A stretch of DNA of 64,000 bases, from assembly GCA_963747235.1 (NCBI GenBank), contig CAVVEU010000031.1, positions 32,001-96,000 on the forward strand. Reading direction: 5' to 3'. Position 1 is the first letter of the stretch. Every line of letters starts with the position of its first letter. The DNA comes from an uncultured Candidatus Rokubacteria bacterium. GTDB taxonomy: Bacteria; Methylomirabilota; Methylomirabilia; Rokubacteriales; CSP1-6. A model generated the notes under the pieces. The model was not told the origin of the DNA, did not search any database, and was given only the letters and a program-made list of their open reading frames with translations. Made by a program: the position numbers and the translations under genes. Positions 59,619 through 64,000 of this stretch are shown one piece after another.

Positions 59619-60322
59619 TGGCGGATTCGGTGCGAGGCGCGATCATCGCGGCCGGCGAGGGCAGCCGCCTGCGCGCGGACGGCTACCGGGTGCCGAAGCC
59701 CATGGTGGAGGTGGCCGGGGTGCCCCTGATCGGCGCGGTGTTGCGCAATTTCACGACCGCCGGGATCACCGCGATCACCATCATCTTGAACGAGCAGGAG
59801 CGGGAGTGCGTCGAATGGGTCCGGACGCGGTTCCCCGCGCTCGAGCTCGACTTCATCGTCAAGACCACCGCGTCCTCGCTCGAGAGCTTCCGGGAGGTGA
59901 CCGGCCGCGGGCCCGCCGGGCCGATGCTCGTGTCCACGGTGGACGCGTGGTGCGCGGCGGAGGACTTCGCGCGCTTCGCGGCGGCGGCGGCTTCCCGGCC
60001 GGACGACGCGACGGTGCTCGCGGTCACCCCGTTCGTCTCGGACGAGAAGCCGCTGTGGGTGACGCTGGGGGCGGGCGGGCGCGTGGAGGGCCTCGGTACG
60101 GTGGATAGCGGTCTGGTCACCGCGGGGGTGTATCGTGTCTCAGATCGGGCGCGGCGGCTCGCGCCCACGCGGGAGCTCGGGCGGCTGCGCGAGTACCTGG
60201 GGTGGCTGCACGAGAGCGGCGAGCCGCTCTACGGGGAGATCATCGAGACGGTGGTGGACGTGGACCGGGCACTGGATGTGGCCAGCGCGGAGGCGCTGGC
60301 GCGAGGAGCGCGACGCACATGA
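59618..60322 (+). CDS. Sugar/polyol-phosphate nucleotidyltransferase (NTP_transf family)
   Basis: IIAAGEGSRL, PKPMV, DEKPL, VDVD. Confidence 0.88.
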   Translation: MADSVRGAIIAAGEGSRLRADGYRVPKPMVEVAGVPLIGAVLRNFTTAGITAITIILNEQERECVEWVRTRFPALELDFIVKTTASSLESFREVTGRGPAGPMLVSTVDAWCAAEDFARFAAAAASRPDDATVLAVTPFVSDEKPLWVTLGAGGRVEGLGTVDSGLVTAGVYRVSDRARRLAPTRELGRLREYLGWLHESGEPLYGEIIETVVDVDRALDVASAEALARGARRT

Positions 60323-61195
60323 GCGCGAGGAGGACGGGGGTGGCGGATCTGACATGCTGGGGACTCTTTCGCGAGCGCGAGCACTCGCCCGGCCGGGAGA
60401 GCGACGACGCGGAGATCCTGCGACTGACCGGCAAGCACCTGGAGACGTACGGCGTCCAGGTGGACCTCCGGGCCCCCGAGGACCTCGTCGCCACCGAGGT
60501 GCCGCCCGACGGCGTGTTCTTCATGTGCGAGCGCATGGAAGCGCTCGGCACGCTGCTCGCCTGGCAGGAGCGGGGCGTGCGCCTCGTCAACTCGCCGCTG
60601 GCCGTGCTCAACACCTATCGCGAGCGGATGATCGCGCAGCTCCGCGAGGCCAACGTGGCCTTCGTGCCGAGCCGGCTCGTGACCACGAGCGACGCGGACG
60701 TCGCGACCGCGGCTGCCGGTCTGGGTCAAGCGCGCCGACGTGCACAACACGCAGGACGGTGACGTGGTCTTCGCGGAGACGGAGGCCGCCGTCGCGGCCG
60801 CGCTCGCCGGCCTCGCGGCCCGCGGCATCGAGGGCGCGGTGCTGCAGCCGCACGTGGCCGGCGACCTCGTCAAGTTCTACGGTGTCGGCCCCGGCGGCGG
60901 CGGGCCGGACGGTGGGCCGCCCTGGTTCCGCTGGTTCTACCACAAGGATCAGCACCTGTCCGGCCACGCCTTCGACGCGGGCCGGCTCGCGCGCCTGGTG
61001 CGCGAGGCCGCCACCGCGCTCGGCCTCGAGATCTACGGGGGCGACGCCATCGCCTCCGCGGACGGTGGGCTCCAGCTCCTCGATCTCAACGCGTGGCCCA
61101 GCTTCGCGCTCTACCGCGACGAGGCCGCGCCGGTGATCGCGTCGTACCTGGCCCTGCGCTTCGGCGCCCGCCGGGCCGCCGGAGGCGGGCGGTGA
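60319..61195 (+). CDS. ATP-grasp-like protein (frameshift near 60710)
   Basis: VNSP, WVKRAD.H, LQPHVAGDLVKFYGV, IYGGD, DLNAWPSF. Confidence 0.7.
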
Positions 61196-62521
61196 GCGAG
61201 CCGCGCGAGCCCGGGCCCCGGTCGCGGGAGATCGTGGCGCGCGAGGCGCGCCACATCGCGCCCGGCTACCAGTCCTTCGCGCTCTACTCGGGGCTGGCCA
61301 TGGCGCGCGGCAGCGGCGCGACGCTCTGGGACGAGGACGGCAACGAGTACATCGACTTCATCGCGGGCATCGCGGTGGGGAGCATCGGGCACTGCCACCC
61401 GCACTACGTCGAGGCCCTGAAGCGCCAGGCCGAGCGGCTGACCTTCGGCAGCTTCACCACCGAGACCCGCGCGCGCTTCCTCGAGCTGCTGGCCTCCGTC
61501 ACCCCCGAGGGCCTCACGCGCATCCAGCTCTTCTCGGGCGGCGCGGAGGCGGTGGAGGCCGGCCTGCGCCTGGCCAAGGCCGCGACCGGGCGGCAGGAGG
61601 TCATCGGGTTCTGGGGCGGCTTCCACGGCAAGACCGGCGGCGTGCTGGGCCTGCTCGGCAGCGACTTCAAGCATCACCAGGGTCCGTTCCTGCCCGGCCA
61701 GCACTCGACGCCCTACGCGGACTGCTACCGCTGCCCGCTCAAGCTCCGCTATCCGGACTGCGGCATCGCGTGCGCGGAGTACGTCCGCGACGTCATCCGC
61801 TACCAGACCGCGGGCGAGATCGCCGCGATCATCGTGGAGCCGATCCAGGGCACCGCGGGGAACATCATCCCGCCCGACGGCTTCCTGCGGGCGATCCAGT
61901 CGGTGGCCCGCGATCACGGGGCGCTGCTCTTCGCCGACGAGATGATCACCGGGTTCGGCCGCACCGGCTCGATGTGGGGCACCGACCACGAGGGCGTCGT
62001 GCCCGACATCATGACGGTGGGCAAGGGCGTGGGCGGCGGCTTCCCGCTGGCCGGCGTGGTCTCCACCGAGAAGCTGGTCGCGCGCCAAGCCCTGGTCCAA
62101 TCCGAGCTTCAGCTCGTCGAGCTACGGCGGCAATCCGCTCGCCTCGGCGGCGGGGCTCGCCGCGCTCGAGATCATCCTGAAGGAAGACCTCGTCGAGCAG
62201 TCCAATCGCGTCGGCGCGGTCATGCTCACCGAGCTCCAGCGCCTGAAGGAGAAGTACCGCACGGTGGGCGAGGTGCGCGGCCGCGGGCTGCTGCTCGGCA
62301 TCGAGCTGGTCGAGGACCGTCAGAGCCGCAAGCCGCTCGACAAGTCCATCACCCGCGACCTCTACCTGGAGTGCCTGCGGCGCGGCCTCGTGGCGATGAC
62401 CTACTCGCCGACCATCCGGCTCAACCCGCCGCTCGTCATCACCGAGGAGACGGCGCGGGCCGGCCTCGCGATCCTGGACGAAGCGCTCGGAGTGACGCTC
62501 AAGCGCCATGGGCGAGACTAG
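61192..62521 (+). CDS. Class III PLP aminotransferase (frameshift near 62085)
   Basis: D.DGNEYIDF, GAEAVE, FHGKT, EPIQG, DEMITGFGRTG, PDIMTVGKG, VRGRGL. Confidence 0.9.
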
Positions 62522-63551
62522 GAGACTCCGGGGCGCGGTCATCGGCCTCGGCAACGTGGCGGTGCACGGCCACCTGCCGGGCTGGCGGCAGCGGGCCGAC
62601 GCGGTCATCGTGGCCGCCACCGATCTCCACCCGGCGCGGCAGGCCGAGTGCCGGGCCGCCCTGCCCGGGGCGCGCTGGCACGACTCGATCGAGTCCCTGC
62701 TGGCCGCCGACGATCTCGACTTCGTGGACGTGTGCACGCCTCCGTCGAGCCACGCGGCCCTCATCGAGGCCGCGCTCGCCCGCGGGCTGCACGTGCTCTG
62801 CGAGAAGCCCCTGGTGGCCTCCCTCGCCGAGCTCGAGCGCCTGGCCGGGCTCGCGCGCGCCGCGCGCGCCGTGCTCCACACCGTGCACAACTGGCACCAG
62901 GCGCCCCTCGTGCGCGCCACCGACGCCCTCATCCGCGAGGGCCGCATCGGAGCGGTGCGCGAAGTGGTCTGGCGGACGCTGCGCACCCAGCCGGCCGCCG
63001 CGGCGGGCGGGGATAGCTGGCGGGTGGATCCGGCGATCGCGGGCGGCGGCGTGCTGACCGACCACGGCTGGCACGTCTCCTACGTCGTCCCGCGCTGGGT
63101 GGGCGCCCCGCCGGACGCGGTGAGCGCGCGGCTCGAGACGCGCCGGCACCATCGCTTCGCGGTCGAGGACACCGCGACGGTGCGCCTGCAGTTCCCCGAC
63201 GCGGTGGCCGACATCGTGCTGACGTGGGCCGCCGAGACGCGCGAGAACCAGGCGCACGTGATCGGGACCGCGGGGCGCATCGACATCGAGGACGACACGG
63301 TGGTCCTCCGTACGGACGGGCGCGAGGAGCGCCACCGGCGGCCGCCCGCACTGTCCGACGGGTCCCAGCATCCGGACTGGTTCGGGCCCGTCACCGACGA
63401 GTTCATCGCCCGCGTGCTCGGCCAGGACCCGAGCAGCCGCAATCTGGACGAGGCGGCGGTGTGCATCGCGGTGGAGTGCGGCGCTCGCGAGTCGAGCCGC
63501 CGCGGCGGCGTGCTGTTCCCCCTGGCCGCGCGAGTCGGGACGGCCGGGTGA
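62508..63551 (+). CDS. Gfo/Idh/MocA family oxidoreductase
   Basis: IGLGNVA, VCTP, HVLCEKP, GGGVLTDHGWH, EDTA. Confidence 0.9.
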   Translation: MGETRRLRGAVIGLGNVAVHGHLPGWRQRADAVIVAATDLHPARQAECRAALPGARWHDSIESLLAADDLDFVDVCTPPSSHAALIEAALARGLHVLCEKPLVASLAELERLAGLARAARAVLHTVHNWHQAPLVRATDALIREGRIGAVREVVWRTLRTQPAAAAGGDSWRVDPAIAGGGVLTDHGWHVSYVVPRWVGAPPDAVSARLETRRHHRFAVEDTATVRLQFPDAVADIVLTWAAETRENQAHVIGTAGRIDIEDDTVVLRTDGREERHRRPPALSDGSQHPDWFGPVTDEFIARVLGQDPSSRNLDEAAVCIAVECGARESSRRGGVLFPLAARVGTAG

Positions 63552-64000
63552 CCACGCTCTCCTCCACGGCCGTCTCCGTGCGGAGCCTCCTCGTGATCCT
63601 GCCGGCCCCGCCCGGCGCCGGCTCCCCGCCGCCCGGGACCGTGATCGCGGGCCTTCCCCTCGTGCGGCGCATCGTCCTGGCCGCGGAGCGCGCCGGCTTC
63701 GAGCGGATCCTGGTGCATCCCCGGGCCTGCCCGGAGCCGCGTCTGCTCGCGGGCACCGTCGCCGTCCTGCTCGACGCCGACACGCCGGTGGCGTCGCGGG
63801 CCCGGCTCGTCCTGGTGCCGGCCAACGTCCTGCCCCAGGCGCGCTGGCTGCGCGCCCTGCGCGAGATGCCGCTCGATCCGGAGACGCTCGCGGTCGACGC
63901 GTCCTTGACCGCGGTGGTGGAGAGCGCCGGGATCGACGAGGTGCTGCGCTCGGCCGGCCAGGCCGCCGGCGCGCAGGACCTGATCGCCGCGCTCTCGCGG
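63548..64000 (+). CDS. Partial gene with a degenerate nucleotidyltransferase-like N-terminus, as found fused to CDP-alcohol phosphatidyltransferases
   Basis: IAGLPLVRRIVLAAERAGFERILV; GTGA overlap with the upstream gene; runs off the window. Confidence 0.55.
   Translation, partial: MTTLSSTAVSVRSLLVILPAPPGAGSPPPGTVIAGLPLVRRIVLAAERAGFERILVHPRACPEPRLLAGTVAVLLDADTPVASRARLVLVPANVLPQARWLRALREMPLDPETLAVDASLTAVVESAGIDEVLRSAGQAAGAQDLIAALSR

Overview
Very high-GC diderm bacterial chromosome segment. It carries lptD, lolA and tonB, and the style suggests Candidatus Rokubacteria/Methylomirabilota (inference only). Most of it is core genes: trpA-accD-folC; an lptD operon; divergent glnS/gltX; glgA-glnB-glnE; murA; polA-coaE-rsmA-rnj-ftsK-lolA-yajQ; and rimO-pgpA-cinA-thpR-recA-pilT-recX-alaS. 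About 20 genes, several essential, carry small frameshifts, which I read as long-read errors. Six things stand out. (1) A copper-uptake-like operon (tonB, TonB-dependent receptor, CxCC/CPH BNR protein, two CopC, cytochrome c) is led by a membrane peptide with a His/Cys patch and a C-terminal RAPP arrest motif. (2) A HAD/NTP-transferase/ATP-grasp-like/CDP-alcohol-transferase cluster resembles the Bacteroidota alternative inositol-lipid locus but adds a dehydrogenase and an aminotransferase (candidate aminocyclitol lipid pathway). (3) A 5.6-kb lower-GC signalling island lacks an integrase and is flanked by a ~106-bp duplication of the glnE/murA junction. (4) polA has a synonymously recoded duplication of the GRLSS motif. 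(5) A mycobacterial-type UbiA-DprE1-DprE2 pentofuranose donor pathway is coupled to lptD. (6) MurA has Asp at the Cys115 position. There are also two REP-like repeat families and many near-leaderless promoters. No rRNA, tRNA or CRISPR array was seen.
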